Shown here: positions 27,647 to 37,007 of the stretch, piece after piece
How the letters are laid out: each line of letters starts with the position of its first letter
Numbering within the stretch: position 1 is the first letter of the stretch
NCBI GenBank assembly: GCA_016930135.1
Contig: JAFGHM010000055.1
Coordinates: forward strand, 6,335 to 70,334
Length of the DNA: 64,000 bases
Source: Thermoplasmatota archaeon
GTDB lineage: Archaea; Thermoplasmatota; Thermoplasmata; UBA10834
Direction of reading: 5' to 3'
Translations under genes and position numbers: made by a program
The notes under the pieces: model-generated
Databases searched by the model: none
What the model was told of the DNA's origin: nothing
What the model saw: the letters and a program-made list of their open reading frames with translations, nothing else

Positions 27647-30250
27647 ATGGTAACGACGAGTTGCGGCATGTGCTATGGCACATGCACGGTGAACGTGCGC
27701 GTCGAGGATGGGGTTGTTGTGGGCATCGAGGGAGTACCCGATTCCCCCCAGGGATACGGGAACATCTGCGCCAGGGGTCTATCGTCCATGATGATGCTCT
27801 ATGATCCTAGCAGACTGAACTACCCATTGCTGCGAACGAACCCGGAGAAAGGCATCGGCGTGGATCCTGGCTGGAAGCGGATCTCCTGGGATGAGGCGAT
27901 GGACCTTCTCACCTCCAAGCTGGGCGAATGCCTCAAGAGGGATCCGCGGGGGCTCTACACGGTCGGCAGCCCTACCTTCCCTGCAGAGAGAGCGTTCAAC
28001 ATCCTGTCCTTCAGGAAGGCCTTCGGCACACCCAACTACTACACAGGCGGAGGAGGGCTGCACTGTGGCAACGGGGCGCACATGATCGGCGGGATCTACC
28101 ACGCATCATGGTCAGTCATCCCTGACTTCAAGTACTGCAACCTAGCCGTCTACTGGGGTTGTTCCAAGGGGCACGGCGCTGGGCACGCGGCGAATGTCGC
28201 TTCTAAGCAAGCGGCCGACGCCAAGGCGAGGGGAATGCGGCTTATCGTATTCGATCCGTTCCTGAGCACTCAAGCATCTACTGCGGAGGAGTGGGTCCCG
28301 ATCAAGGCGGGTACCGACGCTGCCGCGGCGCTATCGATGGCTAACCTCCTTCTCAACGAGCATGGAGCGTTCGACAGAGAGTACATCAAGTGGAAGACGA
28401 ACGGGCCGTATCTTGTGGCACCGGATGGACTGTACCGTCGAGACAAGAAGTCAGGAGTCCCGCTCGTGTACAACACGCTCGACAAGAGAGTCGAGCCATT
28501 CAATTCGAAGAGTGTCAAGGACTGCGCCCTCGAAGGGGAGTTCGAGGTCGACGGTGCGAAGTGCACTCCGTCCTTCCAGCTGCTGAAGAACCACCTCAGG
28601 AAGTACACGCCCGAGCACGCCTCGGAGATCTGCGGAGTATCTGCCGGCACGCTGAGGAGGATCGCCAAGGAATTCGGAGAGGAGGCCAAGATCGGCAGCA
28701 GCATATCCATCGACGGCAAGACGCTCCCCTACAGGCCTGTCGCTTCGATCTACTTCCGAGGCTCCCAGGGGCACTACAACCAGGCATGGGACTGCATGTC
28801 CCTGGTCCTTCTGAACCACCTGGTCGGATCGGCGGATGTTCCAGGCGGGGCGCTAGCGTTCGGCCCCCCTGTGCACCTGGGCTATCCCGGCACTGGACGG
28901 CTGAAGTACTCCGTCGAGCCCGACAAGGACGGTCTGCTCGTCGCCAGGAACTGGCCATACGCGCATCTGCCGTACCCCCCATTGGAGCCCAAGGACCCTC
29001 CCGAGAGGCTGGACCTCCAGGACATGTTCTACATTCCAACGTACACGACAATAATGGGCTGGGACAACAACGAGGAGCTCTGGCAGAAGTTCAAGATACC
29101 GTACAGGCCAGATGTGATGATCAGCTTCGCGACCAACCAGATCATGTCCGTGGGGAACCCCAGGACCCTTATGAAGAACTTCCTGAAGAAGTTCAATTTC
29201 ATCGCATCATTCAACATCTACTCGACCGAGTTCGAGGAATCGGCGGCGGACCTCGTGTTGCCCGATGCGTGCTATCTCGAGAGATACGCCTGCGCGACGA
29301 CCTTCCCCACCGTGGGAGTCTCCTGTCATGCGACGGGGCTCGGCGAGTGGATATGGGCGATAAGGCAGCCTGTGATCGAGCCGATGTATGAGCGGAGGCC
29401 CATGATCGATGTGATCCTGGAGCTCTCGGAGCGGCTGGGACTGCGAGACCGGTACCTCGAGGCTGTCCGGGAATGGGTCGACCGAGCCTATGGCGGCGAT
29501 CTAGATTTCAAGAAATTCATCGGTCCGGACGAGAAGCTCAACTTCGAGAGGATACTGGACATAATCATGAAGGACAGGTTCGGTCCGGACAAGGGCCTGG
29601 AATACTTCAAGGAGCACGGATATCTGAAGTGGGACAAGCGTGTGGAGGAGGTCTACTGGAGGGCTTTCAACGACGTGAGAGTCCCGGTCTACCTCGAATG
29701 GATCATCAGGGCGGGGAGGAAGAGCAAAGCAGTTGCGGAGAAGTACGGAGTCCCTGACCTGGTGGACTGGAGCGCTCACACGGGCCTGCCCGACTGGCGG
29801 CCCTGTCCGACCCACACGGAGAAGAACCCTGAGTACGACCTCGAAGCGTTCTACTGGCGGTCGGCATTGCACACATACTCGATGACGATGCAGAACCCGT
29901 GGCTGAACGAGGTGTCTCAGAACGACCCGTACACATACACCATACAGCTGAACACCGAGACCGCGACCAGGAAAGGGATTAAGGAAGGCGACCTTGTCTG
30001 GCTGGAGAACCCAAAGGGCTCGAAGGCAAAAGGCAGGGTCCATGTGACCGACGGGATAAGGCCCGATCATGTGGCTATAGCGGCGAATGCCGGCCACTGG
30101 GGCAAGGGGCTGCCGATTGCGAAGGACAAAGGGGTCTTCTTCAACGAGCTCATCGAGATCGACAAAGAGCATACCTGCCCTGTGTCCCTCGGCCAAGATA
30201 TCTGTGTGAAGGTGAAGCTCTACAAGGACGGGGGTGCCCGCGGTGGTTAG
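27647..30250 (+). CDS. Molybdopterin (bis-PGD) oxidoreductase catalytic subunit, Psr/Phs/Ttr/Arr-like; no Tat signal
   Basis: The N-terminal 4Fe-4S ligand set is CGMCYGTC...C(ARG), directly after Met. It is an 867-aa MopB-superfamily protein with no twin-arginine leader. Confidence 0.85.
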   Translation: MVTTSCGMCYGTCTVNVRVEDGVVVGIEGVPDSPQGYGNICARGLSSMMMLYDPSRLNYPLLRTNPEKGIGVDPGWKRISWDEAMDLLTSKLGECLKRDPRGLYTVGSPTFPAERAFNILSFRKAFGTPNYYTGGGGLHCGNGAHMIGGIYHASWSVIPDFKYCNLAVYWGCSKGHGAGHAANVASKQAADAKARGMRLIVFDPFLSTQASTAEEWVPIKAGTDAAAALSMANLLLNEHGAFDREYIKWKTNGPYLVAPDGLYRRDKKSGVPLVYNTLDKRVEPFNSKSVKDCALEGEFEVDGAKCTPSFQLLKNHLRKYTPEHASEICGVSAGTLRRIAKEFGEEAKIGSSISIDGKTLPYRPVASIYFRGSQGHYNQAWDCMSLVLLNHLVGSADVPGGALAFGPPVHLGYPGTGRLKYSVEPDKDGLLVARNWPYAHLPYPPLEPKDPPERLDLQDMFYIPTYTTIMGWDNNEELWQKFKIPYRPDVMISFATNQIMSVGNPRTLMKNFLKKFNFIASFNIYSTEFEESAADLVLPDACYLERYACATTFPTVGVSCHATGLGEWIWAIRQPVIEPMYERRPMIDVILELSERLGLRDRYLEAVREWVDRAYGGDLDFKKFIGPDEKLNFERILDIIMKDRFGPDKGLEYFKEHGYLKWDKRVEEVYWRAFNDVRVPVYLEWIIRAGRKSKAVAEKYGVPDLVDWSAHTGLPDWRPCPTHTEKNPEYDLEAFYWRSALHTYSMTMQNPWLNEVSQNDPYTYTIQLNTETATRKGIKEGDLVWLENPKGSKAKGRVHVTDGIRPDHVAIAANAGHWGKGLPIAKDKGVFFNELIEIDKEHTCPVSLGQDICVKVKLYKDGGARGG

Positions 30251-30872
30251 ACTGGGCATGGTAATCGACCTGAAGAGATGCATCGGGTGCCACACCTGCA
30301 CGGTCGCGTGCAAGGCGGAACACCACACGCCTCCCGGGGTGTTCTGGGCAAAGGTCGTAAGGGTCGAGTCCGGCAAGTACCCGACCGTTATCCGACAGGC
30401 CGTGCCTCTACTGTGCATGCACTGCAAGGAGCCCGAATGCGAGAAGGTCTGTCCGACGGGCGCTACCAAGAAGAAGGCCGATGGGACGGTCACAGTCGAC
30501 TCTAAGCTGTGCGTCGGCTGCAGGTACTGCGCAGTGGCGTGCCCGTATGGCGCGAGGTACTTCACACCCGAATGGAAGGACTACTTCACGGGGGAAAAGA
30601 AGCCCTCCTCACAGTTCGCGGAGTATTCCAAGAAGAAGTGGCTCGAGGAGAGCGATAGGGGAGTCGTCAGCAAGTGCGACTTCTGCGAGGAAAGGGTCAA
30701 ACAAGGCAAGAACCCAGCATGCGTCGACGCGTGCCCCACCGAGGCCAGGACGTTCGGAGACCTGGACAATCCAGAATCTGAGGTGTCGCAACTCATCAAG
30801 ACGAGGCGTGGTATGCAGCTGCATCCTGAATACGGCACGGACCCCTGTGTGTACTATCTACCCGCGAGGTGA
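30234..30872 (+). CDS. 4Fe-4S ferredoxin-type electron-transfer subunit (PsrB/DmsB/NrfC-like)
   Basis: Four Cys clusters (CIGCHTCTVAC, CMHCKEPECEKVCP, CVGCRYCAVACP, CDFCEERV...CVDACP). The GTG start overlaps the catalytic-subunit stop. An alternative ATG lies at 30258. Confidence 0.85.
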   Translation: MPAVVRLGMVIDLKRCIGCHTCTVACKAEHHTPPGVFWAKVVRVESGKYPTVIRQAVPLLCMHCKEPECEKVCPTGATKKKADGTVTVDSKLCVGCRYCAVACPYGARYFTPEWKDYFTGEKKPSSQFAEYSKKKWLEESDRGVVSKCDFCEERVKQGKNPACVDACPTEARTFGDLDNPESEVSQLIKTRRGMQLHPEYGTDPCVYYLPAR

Positions 30873-30879
30873 GAACCAC

Positions 30880-31845
30880 ATGTCACAATCTAGATCCTCA
30901 AGTCAAGGCGATATCTGCGCCATGCAGCAGGAGGACTTCAAGCCGGGCGCGCGCGCTCAGATGGAATGGGGGTTCGGCGGAAGAAGGAGATGGCGGGACG
31001 GCGCGCTTCTGATGGCCTTGTTCCTCGGAGGCATCGGCGCGGGCCAGTTCGTGGTCTCCACATGGCTGATCGATTCCGTCACGAGCGCGCTTGTAGGTCT
31101 CGTAGTGGTCGGCGTGGGCAAGACCGTAGCCCACCTGGTATATCTCGGCCAGCCGACGAGATTCTACAGGCTGTTCCTGAGGCCGAAGACCTCATGGATA
31201 AGCAGAGGACTCATATTCATGGTAGTGTTCGTCGCGTTCGGGGCGGCCTACCTGGCGCCGGACATCGGTTTCGCCTGGGTCCCATGGGAGACCGGGTCGA
31301 CCTTCTCCGATGCGCTGTTGGTCGGCGCAATCCTGAGCGCATTCCTAGTCATGGTTTACGACGGGTTCGTCCTGTTGACGTGCAAGTCGATCACCGCATG
31401 GAACACCGCGCTCATGCCTCCCCTGTTCTTCACATACGCTGTCGCCGGCGGGACGGCGATGACCTATCTGACGCTGATTGCGATGGGATCTGAGATCCCC
31501 AACCAGGACACGCTTACGACGATCGACTCAGTCCTGCTGGTCTCGATGTTCGCACTCCTTGTGATATACATCGTGAACATGACGACGTCGAATGCAACTG
31601 CTAGAGAGTCGCTCAGGAAGTTGACGACGACCAAGGTGGCCATTGCGTTCATCGGAGTCGCCATCGTCTTGGGCCTCCTCGTGCCCCTTAGCCTGACCTT
31701 GTATCATGAGGTCGCCTCCGCGGGAACTGTCGCTTCAGTTCTTCTTGCTCTGTCTTCCATTCTGGAGCTGTCCGGAGACCTGTCGGTCCGACATTCGATC
31801 CTGAGGGCCGGTCTGCATACTCCGGTCTTCTCAGAGGGTCTTTGA
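30880..31845 (+). CDS. NrfD/PsrC-like integral membrane anchor subunit
   Basis: 321 aa with about 8 TM helices. The 5' part of ORF-track entry 30481 is an artefactual overlap with the ferredoxin gene. Confidence 0.75.
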   Translation: MSQSRSSSQGDICAMQQEDFKPGARAQMEWGFGGRRRWRDGALLMALFLGGIGAGQFVVSTWLIDSVTSALVGLVVVGVGKTVAHLVYLGQPTRFYRLFLRPKTSWISRGLIFMVVFVAFGAAYLAPDIGFAWVPWETGSTFSDALLVGAILSAFLVMVYDGFVLLTCKSITAWNTALMPPLFFTYAVAGGTAMTYLTLIAMGSEIPNQDTLTTIDSVLLVSMFALLVIYIVNMTTSNATARESLRKLTTTKVAIAFIGVAIVLGLLVPLSLTLYHEVASAGTVASVLLALSSILELSGDLSVRHSILRAGLHTPVFSEGL

Positions 31846-32684
31846 ACGAGTACGGAGGGCCATACGCGACCGGCTGTGAGAAAATGAAAGACGAGACCCG
31901 CCTCCTGGACATCCTTCGCATCAGCAAGACAGGAGCGGTGAAGGAACGCGACATAGTCGTCAGGGAGTCTCCAGCAACGATATTCCTCAACGACATCGCT
32001 CTTGTGACTCTGCAGTGCTCTCCGAAGGATCTCGAGTATCTTGCTGTCGGATTCCTGTTTGCGGAAGGGCTCATCAAGGGCAAGAAGGACATCAAGAGCG
32101 TGTTCGCGGACAAGAAGGACGGCGCGGTCTGGGTCGAGACAGTCGGAGGAAGGAAGCCTCGCGACGACATTCTTGCGAGGCGGCTCATCACAACCGGTTG
32201 CGGCAGAGGATGGTCACTCGCAGACTCCACGAAACTCAAGAAGGGATTGAAGGCAGCTGGTGATTTCGAGATTCAGAGCAGCCAGGTAGCATTGCTGATG
32301 AAGGAATTCCAGGAGATGTCGCGGGTATACAGAAAGACAGGAGGCGTCCACAGCGCTGGACTCGCGGACGCTCGCGGGATCGTCGCCTTCAACGAGGACA
32401 TCGGTAGACACAGCGCGATTGACAAGATACTCGGCGAGTGCGTCCTCAAATCCATCAAGACCAAAGGCCTCGTCTTGATGACGAGTGGCAGGGTGACGTC
32501 GGACCTCCTCGTCAAGGCTGCCAGAGCGAGGATACCAATCATCGTTTCGAGATCGGCTCCGACTGATCTGTCGGTCAGACTCGCGCGCGATCTCGGCATG
32601 ACCCTTGTCGGCTTCGCGAGAGGGCTGAGAATGAATGTCTATTCGAACGAATGGAGGATCGTAGCCCGCTCGTGCGTCAGATAG
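31842..32684 (+). CDS. fdhD: FdhD/NarQ-family sulfurtransferase (molybdoenzyme maturation)
   Basis: FdhD fold with an ITTGCGRG cysteine loop. The ATGA is coupled to the membrane subunit. Confidence 0.8.
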   Translation: MNEYGGPYATGCEKMKDETRLLDILRISKTGAVKERDIVVRESPATIFLNDIALVTLQCSPKDLEYLAVGFLFAEGLIKGKKDIKSVFADKKDGAVWVETVGGRKPRDDILARRLITTGCGRGWSLADSTKLKKGLKAAGDFEIQSSQVALLMKEFQEMSRVYRKTGGVHSAGLADARGIVAFNEDIGRHSAIDKILGECVLKSIKTKGLVLMTSGRVTSDLLVKAARARIPIIVSRSAPTDLSVRLARDLGMTLVGFARGLRMNVYSNEWRIVARSCVR

Positions 32685-32929
32685 ACGGCCGAGTGCTCGC
32701 AGCCCCTCGCCCCGAGCAGAAGACCGAGGTCAAACCCCGAGACGAAAGCGCCACTCGCTTGAGGGGCCCCCAGGATTCATTAATCTCTATCGTGTGCTCG
32801 TTAGTCACGGTTGCCTTCAGTCGATTACCAGAGGCTCGGCGTCCGTTATGGGGTGCCTCGCGGACCGATCTGGACACCGAAGGCGCAGGTCCGGGGGAGA
32901 GTCGAGCACGGCACATCCAAGGCGGCCAC

Positions 32930-33883
32930 TCACGTTCTTGCCCGGCTATCCTCGGACATCACGCCATAAAGCTGGTCGGGCACTAGAATCTCCTTGGCTG
33001 CCCCTCTCGTCCTCAGCGCGCATCTGATTTCATAGCACATGTGACACGCGTCCGCGTACGCCCTCTTCGGCGTGACATGGAATCTCTTCGCCAGCTCCGC
33101 AGGCCCGCCTTCTATCAGCGGGCCTATTATCGGATGCTTCTCAGGGTTCAGATCCGACATGATCCTCTTCAACGGCTTCTCCCACGCATTGCCCACGGAT
33201 ATTCCTTGGCAGAACAGCACATTGCCGTAGGGGTCGATGTGGACTCTCCCGATCTTAGGGGGCTCCTCCGGGCAGGTATCGAAGGCCCGCCAAGGCCTCT
33301 TCTTGACCTTTCCAGCGAGTTCTGCAGCCGCTCTGCCCCTGAAGCACAGCTGCCCTTTCGACTCGTCTTTGGGTGCAGAGCATGAGAGCTGTTCGACGCT
33401 CTCGATCTCTATGAGACCCACAGGGATTCCAAGTCTCTGGGCGGCTCTCTTCGCCCTTCGGACCATCTTGTTCTCCTCGCCAGTGCCATGATAGGAATCC
33501 GTGCTCAGACTGAGGTCGGAGATTCCCAGCTCGGCCAGTGGTCTGAGCCAGAGGTCCGCCGCCCGATCGTCGGTGGCGAAGTATGCGTTGGTGACCACGC
33601 CCGCTTCGAGAGAGAGCCTCCTTGTAAGCTCGATCCCTCTGAGCATGAGAGGGTAGAACAGGAACGGTTCTCCTCCCTCGAAGTACACCCGCTCCACGGA
33701 AGGGATCTCATGTGCCTGCCTTATGATGTCTTCGAGCCGGGCAAGAGTCATCGTACCCTTCGAACTGGGGCTGCTCCAGACGAAGCAATGGTCGCATTCG
33801 TAGAGGCACTTGTAGGTGAGCAGGAGATGGACGCCGGATAGCCCGACAGCAGACATTCGACAGATCGAATAGCCGAACTTCAT
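32930..33883 (-). CDS. Radical SAM protein with C-terminal Cys-rich auxiliary (SPASM/twitch-like) region
   Basis: CLYECDHC is the CxxxCxxC radical-SAM cluster motif. C-terminal cysteines include CQGISVG and CHMCYEIRC. Confidence 0.75.
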   Translation of the reverse strand: MKFGYSICRMSAVGLSGVHLLLTYKCLYECDHCFVWSSPSSKGTMTLARLEDIIRQAHEIPSVERVYFEGGEPFLFYPLMLRGIELTRRLSLEAGVVTNAYFATDDRAADLWLRPLAELGISDLSLSTDSYHGTGEENKMVRRAKRAAQRLGIPVGLIEIESVEQLSCSAPKDESKGQLCFRGRAAAELAGKVKKRPWRAFDTCPEEPPKIGRVHIDPYGNVLFCQGISVGNAWEKPLKRIMSDLNPEKHPIIGPLIEGGPAELAKRFHVTPKRAYADACHMCYEIRCALRTRGAAKEILVPDQLYGVMSEDSRART

Positions 33884-33913
33884 GATAGTTTATTTGACCT
33901 TCGTTGGCAGGTT

Positions 33914-33939
33914 GGAGAAGATCACTGGGGAGGAAAGGC
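33914..33939 (+). repeat. Purine-rich intergenic motif, instance F (GGAGAAGATCACTGGGGAGGAAAGGC)
   Basis: Lies between two minus-strand genes. Confidence 0.45.
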
Positions 33940-34239
33940 GGCTCTCCATTCCTTGCCGGTATGTACAGCATCCGGCCTTAGCTGCGGGTAGATACCGAAA
34001 CACTGTCCGAGTTACCTTTAATAGCTCAATTTCCTATCAGTTTCTGAAGGTAAGAGCTTTAATTACTACCAGATTCTAGACCTATATCCGAGCCCGGATG
34101 CGTTCAGACTCCATCCCGATGGCGCAATGCTTCCTTCTTGCGGAGCATCTTCTCCGTTAGAGTCTTGAGCGTTGCCTTGATGGGAGACACTATGCCATTC
34201 GCCTCCTCAAGCTCCTGTAAGCCAGATGGCGAGGATGGC

Positions 34240-35655
34240 CTACCAGAGAAGGACGCCCGCATATCTCAGCGCAAACACCGCGCCTATCGCGATTATCGCT
34301 GTGCCGAACCCAAGCTGCATCCAGCTCCCCGCGCCGACGTACTTCTTGCCTATGCTCCCCTTCAATACCCCAGTTGCCCCGCAGAAGGGCACGATGATGA
34401 CCCCGTGCCCGAGCCCGAAGACGAACATCATCGCCCCGCCCATCACCAGCGTGGACTGATGAGCGAGGACGAGCACGATCACGGGGAAGATGAGCGATAA
34501 CGCGCAGGGGGCCCACCCGACCGAGAACAGGACGCCGAGTAGGAACGCTGCTGCGTATCTCGACCTCAGGCCCAGCCGACGGATCAGGTCGTTCCCCAAC
34601 CGACCCAGTCTCCCCTTGGTCGGCACAGCACATGTGGGCCCGGTCTCGGTGTGTCTTCCATGGTCCCTCAACCAGAGGAGGAGTGTCGAGAGCGGTTTTA
34701 TCGAGTTGATGCCGAGGACTATCAGTATGATCCCCGCGATGAGGTAGAACATAGATGACATCTCGATGAACCCGCCGATGTATGATATCATGATGCCCAT
34801 CAACAGGAAGATAAGGGCCATGCCAATCGTGAACGCCAGCCCTATCATGACACCTCTGGTCATGTCCTCCGTCGGGCCCTCCTCAGGCGCTCGTTTGCTC
34901 CTCAGCGCACCGATGTAAGAGATCATCGCCATCAGCAGGGCGATGGAGCAGGGCGAGAAAGAGGTGACTGCGCCGAGGAGGAACATGCTTCCGAAGGTCA
35001 CCGCGGTGGAGGAACCGCCAGCGACGACATCGTAGTCCCAATCCCCGCTGAGGATGGCCCTCGAATCTGAGGCCAGCGTGCCCGCGGTGACGACGCCGTC
35101 GACCTCCCCTGTCCCGACGCAATACACGTTGTGCACCGCGGCGATCCTCTGCTCATGGTCTATCAGGATGATGGTTGGGTTGGCGAAGCCCCCTCTGAGC
35201 TCCCAGTAGCCTATGAACTGGCTCGCCGCCGGGAACGGCTCGAACTCCTCGACCCAGTACCACGATATGTTCAGTCCATAGTACTCCTCGGCAATCTCCC
35301 ACCCCGCCTCCGAATAGGAGTTCTTCCTCACATTGAGCGTGACGATGTCTATGGTGCTGTCTCCAGCTTGTGCGAGGCTGTTCAGCTCCGTGATCTGGGC
35401 AGTTATGTGCTGCTCGCACTCGATGCACAGCGGGTTCTCAATCTGCGTTACATGGAGGACTGTCACATGTCCGGAGAAGTCCAATAGCGAGAAGGTCCTC
35501 CCTAGGTAGTCGGTGGCCGTGAAGGGTTGAACCTCCTCCGGACCTGAGGCTGTGTCTTCCTGCATCCAGACAAGCACGGCCCCTATGACCATCAGCGCCG
35601 CTAGGACGGTCGCCACGACTCCATAGGTCCTCATCCTTTTTCGATTCATGCCCAT
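34240..35655 (-). CDS. Fusion of extracytoplasmic TlpA-like thioredoxin domain and CcdA/DsbD-type thiol-disulfide transporter
   Basis: N-terminal TM then a thioredoxin-like domain with a CIEC CxxC motif. Next comes a CcdA-type membrane domain with the two conserved TM cysteines (SPCSIALLMAM, WAPCALSLIFPV). Confidence 0.75.
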   Translation of the reverse strand: MGMNRKRMRTYGVVATVLAALMVIGAVLVWMQEDTASGPEEVQPFTATDYLGRTFSLLDFSGHVTVLHVTQIENPLCIECEQHITAQITELNSLAQAGDSTIDIVTLNVRKNSYSEAGWEIAEEYYGLNISWYWVEEFEPFPAASQFIGYWELRGGFANPTIILIDHEQRIAAVHNVYCVGTGEVDGVVTAGTLASDSRAILSGDWDYDVVAGGSSTAVTFGSMFLLGAVTSFSPCSIALLMAMISYIGALRSKRAPEEGPTEDMTRGVMIGLAFTIGMALIFLLMGIMISYIGGFIEMSSMFYLIAGIILIVLGINSIKPLSTLLLWLRDHGRHTETGPTCAVPTKGRLGRLGNDLIRRLGLRSRYAAAFLLGVLFSVGWAPCALSLIFPVIVLVLAHQSTLVMGGAMMFVFGLGHGVIIVPFCGATGVLKGSIGKKYVGAGSWMQLGFGTAIIAIGAVFALRYAGVLLW

Positions 35656-36548
35656 CAGTTCTCGTTCCAGTGGGATATGGCATCAGCGATCCAACCAGAG
35701 AGCGAACCCTGGTCGATTACTCCTTCCCAGCTGTGCCATCCGATGGCTGTTCCACCAGACGGGGACTGCACCTTCGTCAAGACGACGGTCAGCGGCACGT
35801 AGTGTACTGCGCCCGAAGGGTCGTAGGCGGCGAACGCCTCCGATGCGTCGGGCTCGTTCGCTCCCGAGGTGAGATAGAGGTAGTGTATGCCAGGATAGGA
35901 TGAGTAGACCGCCTCGCAAATCGAGGTCTGTTGTGTGCACGGCAGACATCCCTCGCTGCGGTCGAGAATCATCACCACTCCGCTCTCGACGGCGGAGAGC
36001 GCCCACTGAGGGTGTTGGACCGGGCTGCCGCCAGAAGGATGTGTGGGGGGATACACAATCCAGAAGTCGTCCACACCGGTGCCGACATCCCTCCTGACGG
36101 TGGGCGGGTAACCTGTTATGAATGACCAGGCGAAGACCGAGCAGTCCAGAGGTGAGCCGGCAGTGTCCCTCGCGTACTGACCTATCGTGACGGTGTAGTA
36201 TGTCTGATCCGCGAGTGGCGCGGATGGCGTGAATGTCATGGTTATGCCCGACCAGGCGAAGGATCCTGTCACCGCAGGCGCGATCTGGAACGACGATTCG
36301 ACGGAGGCGTGGTCCATAGGTCTGTTGAAGGTCACGGTCACCTGGCAGCTGATGGAGGCGCCGTATCCGCTCGGGGCGAACTCCACGACGCTCGGCAGAA
36401 CAGTGTAGTCCTCTCTTGGATAGAATGTGTAGGCGGTGATTGATGCGACGACGACTATCGCGGCCAGAGACACCGCGATCAGCATCTTCTTGGCGGAGGC
36501 TGTGAGCGCACCGCACTTGGTGCACCTTCTGGCTCCTGGCTGGAGCAA
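35655..36548 (-). CDS. Membrane-anchored protein: (half) zinc ribbon, TM, Ig-like domain, C-terminal CxxC (CLPC) thioredoxin-like region
   Basis: RRCTKCG follows the TTG start, and the partner CRECG lies upstream in frame at 36549-36650 with no canonical start. The Ig-like segment is ASVESSFQIAPAVTGSFAWSG...YTVTIG. The stop overlaps the downstream gene start. Confidence 0.55.
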   Translation of the reverse strand: MLQPGARRCTKCGALTASAKKMLIAVSLAAIVVVASITAYTFYPREDYTVLPSVVEFAPSGYGASISCQVTVTFNRPMDHASVESSFQIAPAVTGSFAWSGITMTFTPSAPLADQTYYTVTIGQYARDTAGSPLDCSVFAWSFITGYPPTVRRDVGTGVDDFWIVYPPTHPSGGSPVQHPQWALSAVESGVVMILDRSEGCLPCTQQTSICEAVYSSYPGIHYLYLTSGANEPDASEAFAAYDPSGAVHYVPLTVVLTKVQSPSGGTAIGWHSWEGVIDQGSLSGWIADAISHWNEN

Positions 36549-36976
36549 CGATCCGCACTCTCGGCATTCCGTGTAGCCCTCGGAGATGAGTCGCTTCTTC
36601 TCCTGTTCCTGCTTCGTACGCCTCTTGGCCAGAATCCCACCAGCTTGCAGTCATCATGGTTCGCGGGTATCTAACGCCCTGCATCCTGTCCCTGCTATCG
36701 AGCACATCTGTCGGTTCTTGACACGCCTTGCGTTACACCTTATCGACGAGCCCGCGCAGAGATACTTCGGATTGTTTTGAGACTGTAGCGTCCATATGAC
36801 TCTTTCGGTATTCTAGCATTCGCAGGGGGGTTTGGCGGAATCATGAGCGTGCTCGAGCGTATTGGCATACTGCTGTCAGCTGGAATCGACGGACTGATGG
36901 AATGCATCTCCACCTGTGCTAGATGGTGGTATGGCCCCCTTCTCGCTGACTCAGCTCTGTGATGTTCAGAATCGTT

Positions 36977-37007
36977 CCCGAGGAAGATACCCATAGGGGA
37001 TGAAAGG
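36977..37007 (+). repeat. Purine-rich intergenic motif, instance E (CCCGAGGAAGATACCCATAGGGGATGAAAGG)
   Basis: Lies inside the 1.47-kb ORF-free gap. Confidence 0.5.

Noticed and set aside
30481-30879. Long 5' extension of the NrfD-like ORF overlapping the ferredoxin gene
   Set aside because: An Arg/Ser-rich, low-complexity translation in the alternate frame of a well-supported gene. The membrane protein begins at ATG 30880.
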